A stretch of DNA of 64,000 nt from an uncultured Acidimicrobiia bacterium (lineage in GTDB: Bacteria > Actinomycetota > Acidimicrobiia > IMCC26256 > JAENVU01): positions 280,261 through 344,260 of the forward strand of contig CAWFYL010000003.1 of assembly GCA_963820025.1 (NCBI GenBank), given 5' to 3'. Position numbers and translations under genes: made by a program. Positions 19,184 through 30,956 of this stretch are shown here, one piece after another (the stretch's first letter is position 1; each line of letters starts with the position of its first letter). The notes beneath the pieces are model-generated. The model was given only the letters and a program-made list of their open reading frames with translations, was not told the DNA's origin and did no database searches.

Positions 19184-19567
19184 TCAGCCGTTGGCCTTGG
19201 ACCGGTTCAGGGACACGGCCGCGCGAATCAGCTCCTTGAACGCCCTCGTGTTCACCTTCTCGCCTTCCTTGAAGTCGATGGCCCGCCGGGTGTTCCCCTC
19301 GAGACTGGAGTTGAAGAGGCCGGCCGGGTCCTTCAGCGCCGCGCCCTTCGCGAACGTGACCTTCACGACGCTCTTGTAGGTCTCGCCGGTGCAGATCATC
19401 CCGTCGTGGTACCAGGTCGGTACCCCGCGCCACTTCCACTCCTCGACGACCTCGGGATCGGCCTCCTTGATCAGGGTCCGGATCCGGCTGAGCATCTCGC
19501 CCCGCCAGTCCCCGAGCTCTTCGATCCGCTCGTCGATGAGCCGAGAAGGTGACTTGCTCTTCGGCAT
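19184..19567 (-). CDS. DUF1801 (YdhG-like) domain protein
   Basis: ORF 19184..20104 trimmed to ATG 19567 (GAGAGGA SD). WKWRGVPTWYHDGMICTGETYKSVVKVTFAKGA resembles YdhG/DUF1801. Confidence 0.7.
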   Translation of the reverse strand: MPKSKSPSRLIDERIEELGDWRGEMLSRIRTLIKEADPEVVEEWKWRGVPTWYHDGMICTGETYKSVVKVTFAKGAALKDPAGLFNSSLEGNTRRAIDFKEGEKVNTRAFKELIRAAVSLNRSKANG

Positions 19568-19716
19568 GCGCGTGTTCCTCTCATTCATCGGGCGACGCGG
19601 AGCGCGCCTCCGCCACCATCGCGACCATGGCGTGGTGTACCTCGTCGCCGGTGGTGCAGCCGGTCGTCGTTGCTTCGGTCGGTCATGTGCATCTCCTTTC
19701 CTGGTTGGCGCCCGTC

Positions 19717-20190
19717 TCAGCTGGTCACGTGGTCGCGCAGGGACCGGAGCAGCACCTGCCACCACTCCGCGGAGCGGTGCTGGAAGGCGTCGAGGGGGAA
19801 GCCGTGACGCGCCACGTGCTCCCGGGGCAGCGCGTCCCAGCCGAAGTGCTCGACGGTCACGAGGGTGCCGGTGGCGACGGGCTCGAAGCGCACCGCGACC
19901 TCGGTCGACCGGTCGGGCGGGAACGTCGCCTGCCGCCAGCCGAACACGACCCGTCTCGGGGGATCCCACACCCGCACGTCGCCGATCCGGAACCGCTCGC
20001 CGTCGGGTCCGATCTCCACCAACCGCTCCGGCGGCTCGGGTTCGAACGCCAGGCGGCCGTCGGGACGATCGGTGAACTGGAACAGCTGGTTGGGCTGCCA
20101 CCACTGGCCGATCTCACCGGTGAACGCATCGAAGGTCCGTTCGGGCGGGGCGCCGACGCGGAGCGCGACCAGCACGCGCGAACCCGTCAC
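19717..20190 (-). CDS. SRPBCC / AHSA1-like domain protein
   Basis: Trimmed to GTG 20190 (GTGA overlap with the ArsR stop). Typical ArsR-SRPBCC pairing. FTGEIGQWW motif. Confidence 0.75.
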   Translation of the reverse strand: MTGSRVLVALRVGAPPERTFDAFTGEIGQWWQPNQLFQFTDRPDGRLAFEPEPPERLVEIGPDGERFRIGDVRVWDPPRRVVFGWRQATFPPDRSTEVAVRFEPVATGTLVTVEHFGWDALPREHVARHGFPLDAFQHRSAEWWQVLLRSLRDHVTS

Positions 20191-20519
20191 GGACGCTCCA
20201 CGTGGGCCTTGAACGCGGCGAGCTGCTCGCTCCAGCCGGTCTCGGTGTCGGCCAGCCACGCCCGCAACCCATCGATCGGCTTCGGCCGCAACGAGATGAT
20301 GCGGACACGCGCGTCGAACTGCGGGTGCTCCTCCTCGACGAGCTGCGCGTCGCGCAGCACCCGGAGGTGGCGGCTCATGACCGGTGGCGACACTCCGACC
20401 GCGGCCGCGAGCTCACCGGCTCGGTGCGGTCGCTCGGCGAGCAGCTCCACGCTGCGTCGGCGCACCGGATCGGCGAGCGCGGCCAACGTCCGGTCGACTG
20501 CGGCCGCGCGTGCGCTCAC
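20187..20519 (-). CDS. ArsR/SmtB-family transcriptional regulator
   Basis: Trimmed to GTG 20519 (GTGA overlap). LAALADPVRRRSVELLAERPHRAGELAAAVGVSPPVMSRHLRVLRDAQLV is a canonical ArsR wHTH. Confidence 0.85.
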   Translation of the reverse strand: MSARAAAVDRTLAALADPVRRRSVELLAERPHRAGELAAAVGVSPPVMSRHLRVLRDAQLVEEEHPQFDARVRIISLRPKPIDGLRAWLADTETGWSEQLAAFKAHVERP

Positions 20520-20980
20520 CGCCAGGTGGTCGCGAAGATCGGCACGTTGATCGCGGCTTCCGCCTCTTCTCGGGTCACGTCGCGCACGTGCATCGAGAAG
20601 GTCCAGTGGTGCCCCTCGAGATCGGTGCACCGGTAGACGCGGTCACCGTAGAACTGATCGGAGGGCTCGGCCACGATGGTGGCGCCGGCGGCGCGGGCGC
20701 GCTCGCAGTGCGCGTCGAGGTCGTGGGCGACGTCGACGTGGACGCTGCAGGTGGTCTTCCCGTCGAGGGATGCGGGGCTGCGCATCCACTCGTTCCACTC
20801 GGCGCCGATCATGATGCGGCCCCGCCCGTCGAGGCCCATCTCGTAGTGACCCTGGGTGGCGTCGCCGTCCGGACCGTCGATGGCCATGGTCAGCTCGAAG
20901 CCGAACGCGGCGGCCAACCAGTCGAGGGCGGCCCTGGGGTCGCGGTAGGAGAGCGCGGGCACGAAGGTGATGTCGTCCAT
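20516..20980 (-). CDS. VOC (glyoxalase/bleomycin-resistance fold) family protein
   Basis: Trimmed to ATG 20980 (GGAG SD). DPRAALDWLAAAFGFE and YGDRVYRCTDLEGHHWTF motifs. Confidence 0.8.
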   Translation of the reverse strand: MDDITFVPALSYRDPRAALDWLAAAFGFELTMAIDGPDGDATQGHYEMGLDGRGRIMIGAEWNEWMRSPASLDGKTTCSVHVDVAHDLDAHCERARAAGATIVAEPSDQFYGDRVYRCTDLEGHHWTFSMHVRDVTREEAEAAINVPIFATTWR

Positions 20981-21093
20981 GGAAGGCTCCTGACGGGAGA
21001 TCGTTGCCATTTGTGGAAACAATATAGCAGAAGGAGAACCATCTCACCCCTGCTGCTCTCGTCGCGGTGCTACTGGCCGGGGCAGGCGTAGCC

Positions 21094-21180
21094 CTTCGGA
21101 GTCCGAAGCCATCCCGCCTCATCTCACAGCCCGCCCGTTCCTGCCGAACGGGACGGCAGGACAGTACGGAGGTCTCCGTA
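21094..21180 (-). terminator. three consecutive GC-rich hairpins directly after the PRC-barrel gene stop
   Basis: Stems: 21165-70/21175-80 (TACGGA/TCCGTA), 21139-46/21154-61 (TCCTGCCG/CGGCAGGA), 21094-99/21103-08 (CTTCGG/CCGAAG). No U-tract. Confidence 0.4.
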
Positions 21181-21185
21181 GGACT

Positions 21186-21518
21186 TCAAGCCGGTGGGGC
21201 GACGGCAATGGGGGACGCCGAGGCCGAGAGCCGGATCTCGCCGTCCTGGACCGAAGCGATGTCGGTCCAGCTGACGAGGTGGCGCGGCCTCCGTCCGAAG
21301 ACCCGTTTGAGCAGCCACGGACCGCGCATCTCCGGCCGCGCGAGCCCGAGGCGGGCCCCGAGCGAGCCGCGCCCGACGAGGATCCCGTGGATGCGCAACG
21401 CGGGCCCGAACGCCCCGACCTCGGGACCGTCGGCGACGAGGCGCACGTCGCGAACGTGACCGAGCGAAGTGCCGTCGGCGGCGAAGACCTCAGATCCGAC
21501 GATGTCACTCAGGCGCAT
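21186..21518 (-). CDS. PRC-barrel domain protein
   Basis: 110 aa. SDIVGSEVFAADGTSLGHVRDVRLV is a typical PRC-barrel N-terminus. The start overlaps the previous gene by 14 nt. Confidence 0.7.
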   Translation of the reverse strand: MRLSDIVGSEVFAADGTSLGHVRDVRLVADGPEVGAFGPALRIHGILVGRGSLGARLGLARPEMRGPWLLKRVFGRRPRHLVSWTDIASVQDGEIRLSASASPIAVAPPA

Positions 21519-21900
21519 GGCCAGCTCCGGGGATGTGCCCGACGATGCGGTCGCGCGTCCAGCGCTCGCCGCGATTCGTCTCGAGGTTCTCGCGGGACTC
21601 GGTGACCGTCACATGGCTCGCGATCGTGCTCACGAGCTCGAACCCGACGCGCGACGGCACGCCATCGCGCGCAAGCCGCTCGTCGATCGACTCGATCCAT
21701 CGGCCGAGCCGCCCTTCGAGGCGGCGCGAGAGGGCCCCGGCCCCGGACAGGATCGCGGTGACGACCGGCAGCTCCGCGGCGGGGTCGTCGCCGACCTCGA
21801 GCTCGAGGTCGTCGACCTTGCCCGCGGCCCATCCGTCGCGGTCGATGATCTGGTGGTCGAGGAGGTGGAGGCCTGCGAGGAGCTCTCGGCGATGGTTCAT
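21505..21900 (-). CDS. PRC-barrel domain protein
   Basis: ORF 21505..22662 trimmed to ATG 21900 (ATGA overlap with the NRAMP stop). LLDHQIIDRDGWAAGKVDDLELEV motif. Confidence 0.7.
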   Translation of the reverse strand: MNHRRELLAGLHLLDHQIIDRDGWAAGKVDDLELEVGDDPAAELPVVTAILSGAGALSRRLEGRLGRWIESIDERLARDGVPSRVGFELVSTIASHVTVTESRENLETNRGERWTRDRIVGHIPGAGHAPE

Positions 21901-23126
21901 GCACCCGCCTTGGTGATGATCATGAGAGGGATCGTCGCCAGCGAGACGACGACCAGGATGACGAAGTAGACCGAGGCGATCGCGTTCCCGAACCTTCTGT
22001 TGACCTTCTCGCCCATGTAGTCCGGATCGTTGGCCACGACGAGGATCGGGAAGTAGGTGAGTGGGAGCGCCGCGGCCGAGAGGACGATCGAGTACTCGGT
22101 GACTTTGACCGGGTCGACGGCAGTGAGCGCGACGAGCATGGCGACGACGATCGAGACGAGCACGACGAGGTGGAATCGACTCGCGTCGCGGGGACGGTGC
22201 AGCTTGCCCCACTGCCAGCCGAAGTACTGCGAGACCGTGTACCCGGCCGACAGGCTCGTCTCGAGTGCGGCACCGAAGGTCGCGGCGAAGAAGCCGACGA
22301 TGATCAGCGCCAGGCCGACCTTGCCGAGCGCGACCGAGACGGGGAGCGCGGCCTGGGAGACGTGATCCACGGAGATCCCGCGGGGGAGGAGCACCAGCGT
22401 CGCCAGCGCCATCAGGCTGATGGACAGGAGGGCACCCAGCGGGAAGCCGATGAAGACGTTGGCGCGGTTCTCGCTCAGGTCCGAGCTGGTCCAGTGCTCC
22501 TCGACCGCGCCGGACGAGAAGAAGAAGACCTCGTACGGTGTCATCGCCGCGCCGAACAGTGCGATCGCGTAATAGAAGTATGTGGCGTGTCCTTCGCCGC
22601 TCGGTACCCGGGGGTGTGAAGCCCCGTGCCAGAGTTGTGACCAGTCCGGGTGCAGCTGCCACACCGCCACGGCCATCACGATCATCGCGAGACCCATCAG
22701 GCCGAACACGTTCTCCATCAGTGTGAACCTGACCCGCCAGATCACCAGCCAGACCAGAAGTGCCGTCACCGGCAGCCAGAGGAGGTAGTTGACATCACTC
22801 GCGAGCTGGAGCGCGATCGCGATACCGGCGACCTCCGCCGTCAGGGTCAGGAGGTTGATGAAGAAGGACGCGGCGAGGTTCACGAGCGCCATGCGCGCGC
22901 CGAGTCGGTCCCGGACCAGGTCGAACGTCGGTCGGCCCGAGACGGCCGCGACGCGCCCGGCCATCTCTGCGTACACGACGATTCCCACGGTTCCGAGCAG
23001 CACCGCCCAAACGAGCGACATCCCGAAGCGCGCGCCCGTCGCGGAGTTCGCGACGATGTCGCCGATGTCCATGAAGCCACCGATGGCGGTCAGGACGCCG
23101 AGCATCACCCCGACGATGCGCTTCAC
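21897..23126 (-). CDS. NRAMP-family divalent metal cation transporter
   Basis: 409 aa, polytopic. N-terminal GGFMDIGDIVANSATGARFGMSLVW and the overall pattern match Nramp/MntH-like proteins. Confidence 0.9.
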   Translation of the reverse strand: MKRIVGVMLGVLTAIGGFMDIGDIVANSATGARFGMSLVWAVLLGTVGIVVYAEMAGRVAAVSGRPTFDLVRDRLGARMALVNLAASFFINLLTLTAEVAGIAIALQLASDVNYLLWLPVTALLVWLVIWRVRFTLMENVFGLMGLAMIVMAVAVWQLHPDWSQLWHGASHPRVPSGEGHATYFYYAIALFGAAMTPYEVFFFSSGAVEEHWTSSDLSENRANVFIGFPLGALLSISLMALATLVLLPRGISVDHVSQAALPVSVALGKVGLALIIVGFFAATFGAALETSLSAGYTVSQYFGWQWGKLHRPRDASRFHLVVLVSIVVAMLVALTAVDPVKVTEYSIVLSAAALPLTYFPILVVANDPDYMGEKVNRRFGNAIASVYFVILVVVSLATIPLMIITKAGA

Positions 23127-23581
23127 TCGTGCTCCGTCGCGAACCGATCGAGACGCTTCGAGAGCGCCGGCAGGCGCGCGGCCTGCCCCTCGAGCTTCTG
23201 CAACTCGGCGCGCCGAGCAGTGATCCGCAACGCCGAGAGCACGTCGCCCGTCCGATCGAGCAGGCGACCCAGCCGGTCACGAAGCCGGTCGGCGTGCGCG
23301 TCCGGCGGCTGGATCCCGAGGAACGTGTCCTGCGAGTTCGATGCATCCGACTCGGCCTCGGACAGGAGCACCGAGACGTACGGTGGGAACGCGTCGCCGT
23401 CGGTCGCGATCCGCACGGCGAGTCGCGCGGTCTCGACGGAGGAGCGGGCGCTCTTCGCCGTGCTCTCCGCCTTCAGCTCGTAGTCGTGGAATGTGCGCGC
23501 CGGCCCGACGGGTTGGAAGCAGCCGGCCGCGACGATGAGCATGGCGCCGAACACGACCCGAACGGACCACGAGCTTCTCAT
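23123..23581 (-). CDS. hypothetical secreted/lipoprotein
   Basis: 152 aa. N-terminal signal with the Cys context MLIVAAGC; the rest is predicted helical. GTGA overlap with the NRAMP start. Confidence 0.55.
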   Translation of the reverse strand: MRSSWSVRVVFGAMLIVAAGCFQPVGPARTFHDYELKAESTAKSARSSVETARLAVRIATDGDAFPPYVSVLLSEAESDASNSQDTFLGIQPPDAHADRLRDRLGRLLDRTGDVLSALRITARRAELQKLEGQAARLPALSKRLDRFATEHE

Positions 23582-23631
23582 CGTCCGGCCTGCGATCGAT
23601 GTCTACGACGTGGGGCTGACGTGGCTCAATG

Positions 23632-24579
23632 TCAGAGTCGCGGCGAGATCTCGTCGGTCCAGAACTTGAAGAACTCGTCCTGGTCGGGACCGATCTGCTG
23701 GACGAAGATCTCGTCGTACCCGGCCTCCGCGTACTTCCGCACCGATGCCAGGTGCACTGCGGGATCCGGCCCGCAGCTGATCGAGCCCGCAACGTCGTCG
23801 ACGCTCACGTTCTCCGTCGCCTGCTCGAAGTGCGCCGGTACCGGGAGCTCCTGGCTGAGCTCACCGGAGACGCCAATCGTCGGCCACAGCTCGTGGGCCA
23901 GCTCTCGGGCCGCCTGTTCGTTGGGACCCCAGCACACCTTCATCAACGCGAGCTTCGGGCCGGCGCCGCCCGCCTGCTCGTAGGTCTCGACGAGTTCGGA
24001 GCTCGGTTGGGTGCCGAAGTACCCGTCGCCGATCTCGGCGGCGAGCTGCGCCGCCTTCGGTCCGAAGCCCGACACGATCACCGGCGGCGGCTGGTCGGGG
24101 AGCGTGTAGATCCGCGCGTTCTCGACCGTGTAGTGGTCACCGTGATGGGAGACCTGCTCACCGGTCCACAACCGGCGCATCACCTCGACCGCTTCGCGCA
24201 GCATGTCGAGGCGCACGTCGGTCTCGGGCCACCGGTCGCCGAGGATGTGCTCGTTCAGTGCTTCCCCACTCCCGACGCCGAAGAAGAAACGGCCCCGGGC
24301 CATCTCCTGCGTCGTCGCCGCCGCCTGGGCCAGGATCGCCGGGTGGATCCGCACCGTCGGGCACGTCACCGACGTCCCGAGCCTGAGATCGTGCGTGACG
24401 GCGGTCAGCGCGCCGAGCACGTCCCAGACGAACGGGCTCTGACCCTGGCGGTTCGTCCACGGGTGGAAGTGGTCGGAGATCGCGATCGCGGAGAACCCGG
24501 CCGCCTCGGCCTGGGCGCCCCATCGCACCATGTCCGTCGGATGCATCTCCTCGCTGGAGAGCGAGTACCCGATCTTCAT
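23632..24579 (-). CDS. LLM-class F420-dependent oxidoreductase, G6PDH-related family
   Basis: ORF 23632..25062 trimmed to ATG 24579 (GAGGAGG SD). FSAIAISDHFHPW and FFFGVGSGEALNEH motifs. Confidence 0.85.
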   Translation of the reverse strand: MKIGYSLSSEEMHPTDMVRWGAQAEAAGFSAIAISDHFHPWTNRQGQSPFVWDVLGALTAVTHDLRLGTSVTCPTVRIHPAILAQAAATTQEMARGRFFFGVGSGEALNEHILGDRWPETDVRLDMLREAVEVMRRLWTGEQVSHHGDHYTVENARIYTLPDQPPPVIVSGFGPKAAQLAAEIGDGYFGTQPSSELVETYEQAGGAGPKLALMKVCWGPNEQAARELAHELWPTIGVSGELSQELPVPAHFEQATENVSVDDVAGSISCGPDPAVHLASVRKYAEAGYDEIFVQQIGPDQDEFFKFWTDEISPRL

Positions 24580-24623
24580 GCTCGCCGTGCCTCCTCGACG
24601 TTCGGCCGGCTCGAGAGCCTCAT

Positions 24624-24851
24624 CTAGCTCTTCTTCGCGGTGGCCTGGCCGCCCTTGCGGCCGGCGGCCTTGTGCTGCGCGTGGGTGCCGCCCTGCTTGG
24701 CGTTGCCGCTCCCGCGGTGCGACTTCTCGCCACCGTGCTTCGACGCCTTCGGGGAGTTGGCGATCTTGGCCGCACGCGCCTTGGACATCCCCTTGTCCTT
24801 CAGGGCTTCGTACTGCTTCTCGTTCTTGACGTTCGGACGCTTCGACGGCAC
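24624..24851 (-). CDS. small basic conserved protein (DUF7218-like)
   Basis: C-terminal 75 codons of ORF 24624..25055, from GTG 24851 (GAGAGGAGA SD). PSKRPNVKNEKQYEALKDKGMSKARAAKIAN resembles a widespread small actinobacterial protein. Confidence 0.6.
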   Translation of the reverse strand: MPSKRPNVKNEKQYEALKDKGMSKARAAKIANSPKASKHGGEKSHRGSGNAKQGGTHAQHKAAGRKGGQATAKKS

Positions 24852-25103
24852 GGCGTTCTCCTCTCTCTCGAGGTGGTTCCGAAGCACTCGGGACTGCCAC
24901 ACACCTACCCCCGTACAGGGCCTCGTACACCCGCCCGAACGGGGGATCTGCACCCGCTCGGGTCCGGCGCCAAATCGCTTGGTCGCGCCGGCCTCGCGTG
25001 CTCGACTCGGGCCAGCCGATCCGGCGAGAGGAGCTTCGAATGCGTCGTCTGTCACCGCTCATCCATCTGGGACGAGATGCCTCTGTGGGAGACGTGACGA
25101 GAC

Positions 25104-27049
25104 GTGGCGACGCTGAACCTCGGAATCCTTGCGCATGTAGACGCGGGGAAGACCACTCTGACCGAACGGCTGCTGTATGCGGCCGGCGTGATCGACGAGG
25201 TCGGTCGGGTCGATCACGGCACGACGCAGACCGACTCGCTGGCGCTCGAACGGCAGCGTGGGATCACGATCAAGTCGGCGGTCGTGTCCTTCGTGATCCA
25301 CGACGTGACGGTCAACCTGATCGACACGCCGGGCCACCCCGACTTCATCGCCGAGGTGGAGCGGGTGCTCGGCGTGCTCGACGGTGCCGTACTGCTGATC
25401 TCAGCCGTCGAAGGGGTGCAGCCGCAGACCCTCGTGCTGCATCGTGCACTGCAACGGCTTCGGGTGCCGACGTTGATGTTCGTCAACAAGATCGATCGCC
25501 AGGGCGCGGACGAGCGACGCGTGCTCGACATGATCGCCGAACGCCTGACCCCGCGGATCGTCGTCATCCGCGACCGTGACGGCTCCCAGGCGGTCACGGA
25601 GGCACTCGCGGCCAACGACGACGAGATCCTGCGCGGGTTCGTCGACGGCGCCACCGTGCCCGCCGCCCGGCTCCGGACCGCGCTCGCCGAGCAGACCGCG
25701 GCGCTTCTCCTGCATCCCGTCTACTTAGGAGCGGCCCTCACGGGCGCCGGCGTCGACGCGCTGATGCAGGGGATCGCCGAGTACCTCCCGGCGGTTGACG
25801 GTGACGCGTCGCTGCCGCCGTCGGGCACGGTCTTCAAGATCGAACGGTCAGCCGATGCCGACAAGATCGCGCTGGTCCGCATGTTCTCGGGGACACTGAG
25901 GACGCGGGATCGGGTTCGGCTCCGTGCCGACGCGCCGACAGACGACACCGTCACAGGCATCGAAGTGTTCGAAGCCGGTGGCACGCGCCCGCGTCGGGCG
26001 ACGTCGGCGGGTGACATCGCGAGAGTCCGTGGCCTCGCCACCGCTCGCATCGGTGACAGCTTCGGTGCGGCGGCGGGGACACGCGCGGCATACGCCTTCT
26101 CGCCGCCGACGCTCGAGACCGCGATCGTGCCCCGAGACCAGCGGCAGAAGTCCGCGCTGTTCGCCGCGCTGGTCGAGCTGGCCGAGCAGGACCCGCTCAT
26201 CAACCTCCGCCAGGACGACACTCGCCAGGAGCTGTTCCTCTCCCTCTACGGCGAGGTGCAGCGCGAGATCGTCGCGCAGACGCTCGCCGACGATTACGGC
26301 ATCGTGATCGAGTTCAGGCCCGTCACGCCGATCTGCATCGAGCGACTCCGGCACGGCGGCTCCGCGGTCGAGGTGATCCCCGAGCGGCGGTCACCGTTGC
26401 GGCCCTTCCTCGCGACCGTCGGTCTCGCCGTCGCACCGATGCCGCCGGACTCGGGCGTGACCTTCGCGTTGGAGGTCGACGTCCGCTCGATCCCGCTGCA
26501 CGTCTTCGACACCGTCGGGAGCTTCCGCGACCTCATGAGCCGGACGGTGCGCGAGACGCTCCGCCAGGGCATCCACGGCTGGCAGGTCACCGACTGCGCC
26601 GTCACCATGACCGCTTGCGACTACCAGGCACCGCCGCGCCGGTGGCCCGGGACGACGCTCTCCGACTACCGGCTGCTGACGCCCTTGGTGCTGATGGCGG
26701 CACTGCGGCAGGCCGGGACGACGGTCTGCGAACCCGTGCTCGACGTCCGCCTCGAGCTCCCCGCGGACGTGCTCGGCCCGATCCTCTCGGCGCTGGTCGC
26801 GCTCGGCGCGCAACCCCGGTCACCCGACGTCCGCGGCACCACGTGCACGCTGCACGCGGAGCTGCGATCAGCCCGCCTCCACGATCTCCAGTCACGACTT
26901 CCCGACCTGACCCGGGGGGAGGGGGTGCTCGAGTCGTCCTTCGCCGGGTACCGCCCGGTCCGGGAGGCTCCTCCGTCGCGCCCCCGGACCGACCACAACC
27001 CGCTCGACCGGGCCGACTACCTCCGGCGCCTCAAGGGGATCGCGCTGGG

Positions 27050-27065
<16 letters not shown>
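25104..27065 (+). CDS. Tet(M)/Tet(O)/OtrA-type ribosomal-protection GTPase (EF-G-like)
   Basis: 653 aa. G1 AHVDAGKTT, G3 DTPGH, G4 NKID. The N-terminal 140 aa align by eye with Tet(M). Confidence 0.85.
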
Positions 27066-29485
<2,420 letters not shown>

Positions 29486-29489
29486 CGGG

Positions 29490-29909
29490 TCAGCGGACCT
29501 CGTTGATGCGGATCAGGTTGCCGGCGGGGTCGCGGATGGCGCAGTCACGGATGCCGTAGGGCTGCTCGGTCGGCTCCTGGACGATCTCGACGTCGCCCGC
29601 CTGGAGCTGCGCGAAGGTGCTGTCGAGGTCGGGTGTAGCCAGCGTGAGCATCGCGAAGGTCCCCTTGGCCATCATCTCGAGGATCGTGTTGCGCTCGTCC
29701 TCGGTGACGCCGGGGTCCGCGCCCGGCGGATAGAGGACGATGCAGGTGCCCGGCTGGTCGGCCGGACCGACGGTGATCCAGTGCATCCCGTTGTATCCGA
29801 CGTCGTTGCGGATCTCGAAGCCGAGCGTTTCGCCATAGAAGGCCCGGGCGGCGTCCGGATCGTTCTGGGGGAGGAAGGCCGAGTAGATGCTGATGTCCAT
29901 GTCCATCAC
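29490..29909 (-). CDS. VOC (glyoxalase/bleomycin-resistance fold) family protein
   Basis: 139 aa. ARAFYGETLGFE and YGIRDCAIRDPAGNLIRI motifs. 4 nt upstream of the UvrA-like gene. Confidence 0.8.
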   Translation of the reverse strand: MMDMDISIYSAFLPQNDPDAARAFYGETLGFEIRNDVGYNGMHWITVGPADQPGTCIVLYPPGADPGVTEDERNTILEMMAKGTFAMLTLATPDLDSTFAQLQAGDVEIVQEPTEQPYGIRDCAIRDPAGNLIRINEVR

Positions 29910-29910
29910 C

Positions 29911-30354
29911 CTAAAGGTGGCTCGGTGAGGGTGCTTCTCGATTCCTGATCGGTCTCGTGACCTGCTTGGCCACGCAGGACGGCATCCCTGCGGTCGCGCT
30001 CGCGGCCTGGCGCCGGTAGACGCTGGGCGGCACGCCGACCAGCTCGGTGAAGCGGGTGCTGAACGTGCCCAGCGACGAGCAGCCGACCGCGAAGCACACG
30101 TCGGTCACGCTGAGGTCGCCGCGGCGCAGCAACGCCATCGCGCGCTCGATGCGCCGCGTCATCAGGTAGCTGTACGGCGACTCGCCGTACGCGAGCCGGA
30201 ACTGGCGGCTCAGGTGACCCGCCGACATGTGCGCGCCGCGGGCGAGCGCCTCGACATCGAGGGGCTGGGTGTACTCCCGGTCGATCCGGTCGCGGACGCG
30301 CCGGAGCCACGCGAGGTCGCGCAGGCGCTGCTCCTCCGTCGGCGGGGCGGTCAT
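29911..30354 (-). CDS. AraC-family transcriptional regulator (HTH domain only)
   Basis: 147 aa. MSAGHLSRQFRLAYGESPYSYLMTRRIERAMALL and the second HTH VTDVCFAVGCSSLGTFSTRF. Confidence 0.85.
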   Translation of the reverse strand: MTAPPTEEQRLRDLAWLRRVRDRIDREYTQPLDVEALARGAHMSAGHLSRQFRLAYGESPYSYLMTRRIERAMALLRRGDLSVTDVCFAVGCSSLGTFSTRFTELVGVPPSVYRRQAASATAGMPSCVAKQVTRPIRNREAPSPSHL

Positions 30355-30379
30355 CCGCGCGATCGTGCCATGTCAGACG

Positions 30380-30946
30380 TCATTCGGCGGAGGCGAGGGC
30401 CCTGACCTGCTCGAGGGAATCGCGCATCGTCGTCGAGAGCTTGCGGGTGCGGGGTCCGTTCACCCAGCGCTCGAACGCGACCCGGAAGACGGCGATGCCG
30501 ACCTCGGCCGCGAGGCTCGCGTCCGGGTCGGGGACGCCCCGGCGCCGCAGCCCGGCGGCGAGGGCCGCCGACAGCTTGGCCATCTTGATGAGCTCGCGCT
30601 CCCGGAGCTCGGCGTTGGCGGCGATGACGGTCTGCCGCTGGCGGGCGTACTCGTGGCGCCCACCCAGCATCGACGCCGCCGTGTCGAGGGCGGCCCCGAC
30701 GGCCTCCATCGGGGCCGCAGACGCAGGGGCGGCCTCGAGCGCGGCCACCAGGGCGTCCTGCAGCTGCACCGAGCCGGCGAAGAGCACCTCGCGCTTGTCG
30801 GCGAAGTACCGGAAGAAGGTCCGCGCCGTGAGGCCCGCCCGCTCGGCGATCTCGGCCACGGTCGTCTGCTCGTACCCCTGCTCGACGAACAGCTCCATGG
30901 CCACAGCTCGCAACCGATCGCCGGCGCCCGGCTCCCATCGACCCAC
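30380..30946 (-). CDS. TetR-family transcriptional regulator
   Basis: 188 aa. AMELFVEQGYEQTTVAEIAERAGLTARTFFRYFADKREV. GTG start without an obvious SD. Confidence 0.9.
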   Translation of the reverse strand: MGRWEPGAGDRLRAVAMELFVEQGYEQTTVAEIAERAGLTARTFFRYFADKREVLFAGSVQLQDALVAALEAAPASAAPMEAVGAALDTAASMLGGRHEYARQRQTVIAANAELRERELIKMAKLSAALAAGLRRRGVPDPDASLAAEVGIAVFRVAFERWVNGPRTRKLSTTMRDSLEQVRALASAE

Positions 30947-30956
30947 GGGGGGAGTC

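Noticed and set aside
21134-21161. Hairpin with an AACGGGA loop as a possible guanidine-II (mini-ykkC) or other riboswitch.
   Set aside because: The loop does not match the conserved ACGR tetraloop closed by a C-G pair. The downstream genes (VOC/ArsR/SRPBCC) are not typical guanidine-responsive genes, and the element directly follows a stop codon, which fits termination. It is kept only as a structural observation.
24998-25579. A possible leader peptide or attenuator upstream of the Tet(M)-like gene: GAGAGGAG SD, then ATG 25040 (MRRLSPLIHLG...).
   Set aside because: The ORF does not terminate before the GTPase start. It runs about 480 nt out of frame into the gene with junk-like composition. 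I saw no terminator/antiterminator pair of the tet(M) leader type in 24851-25104.
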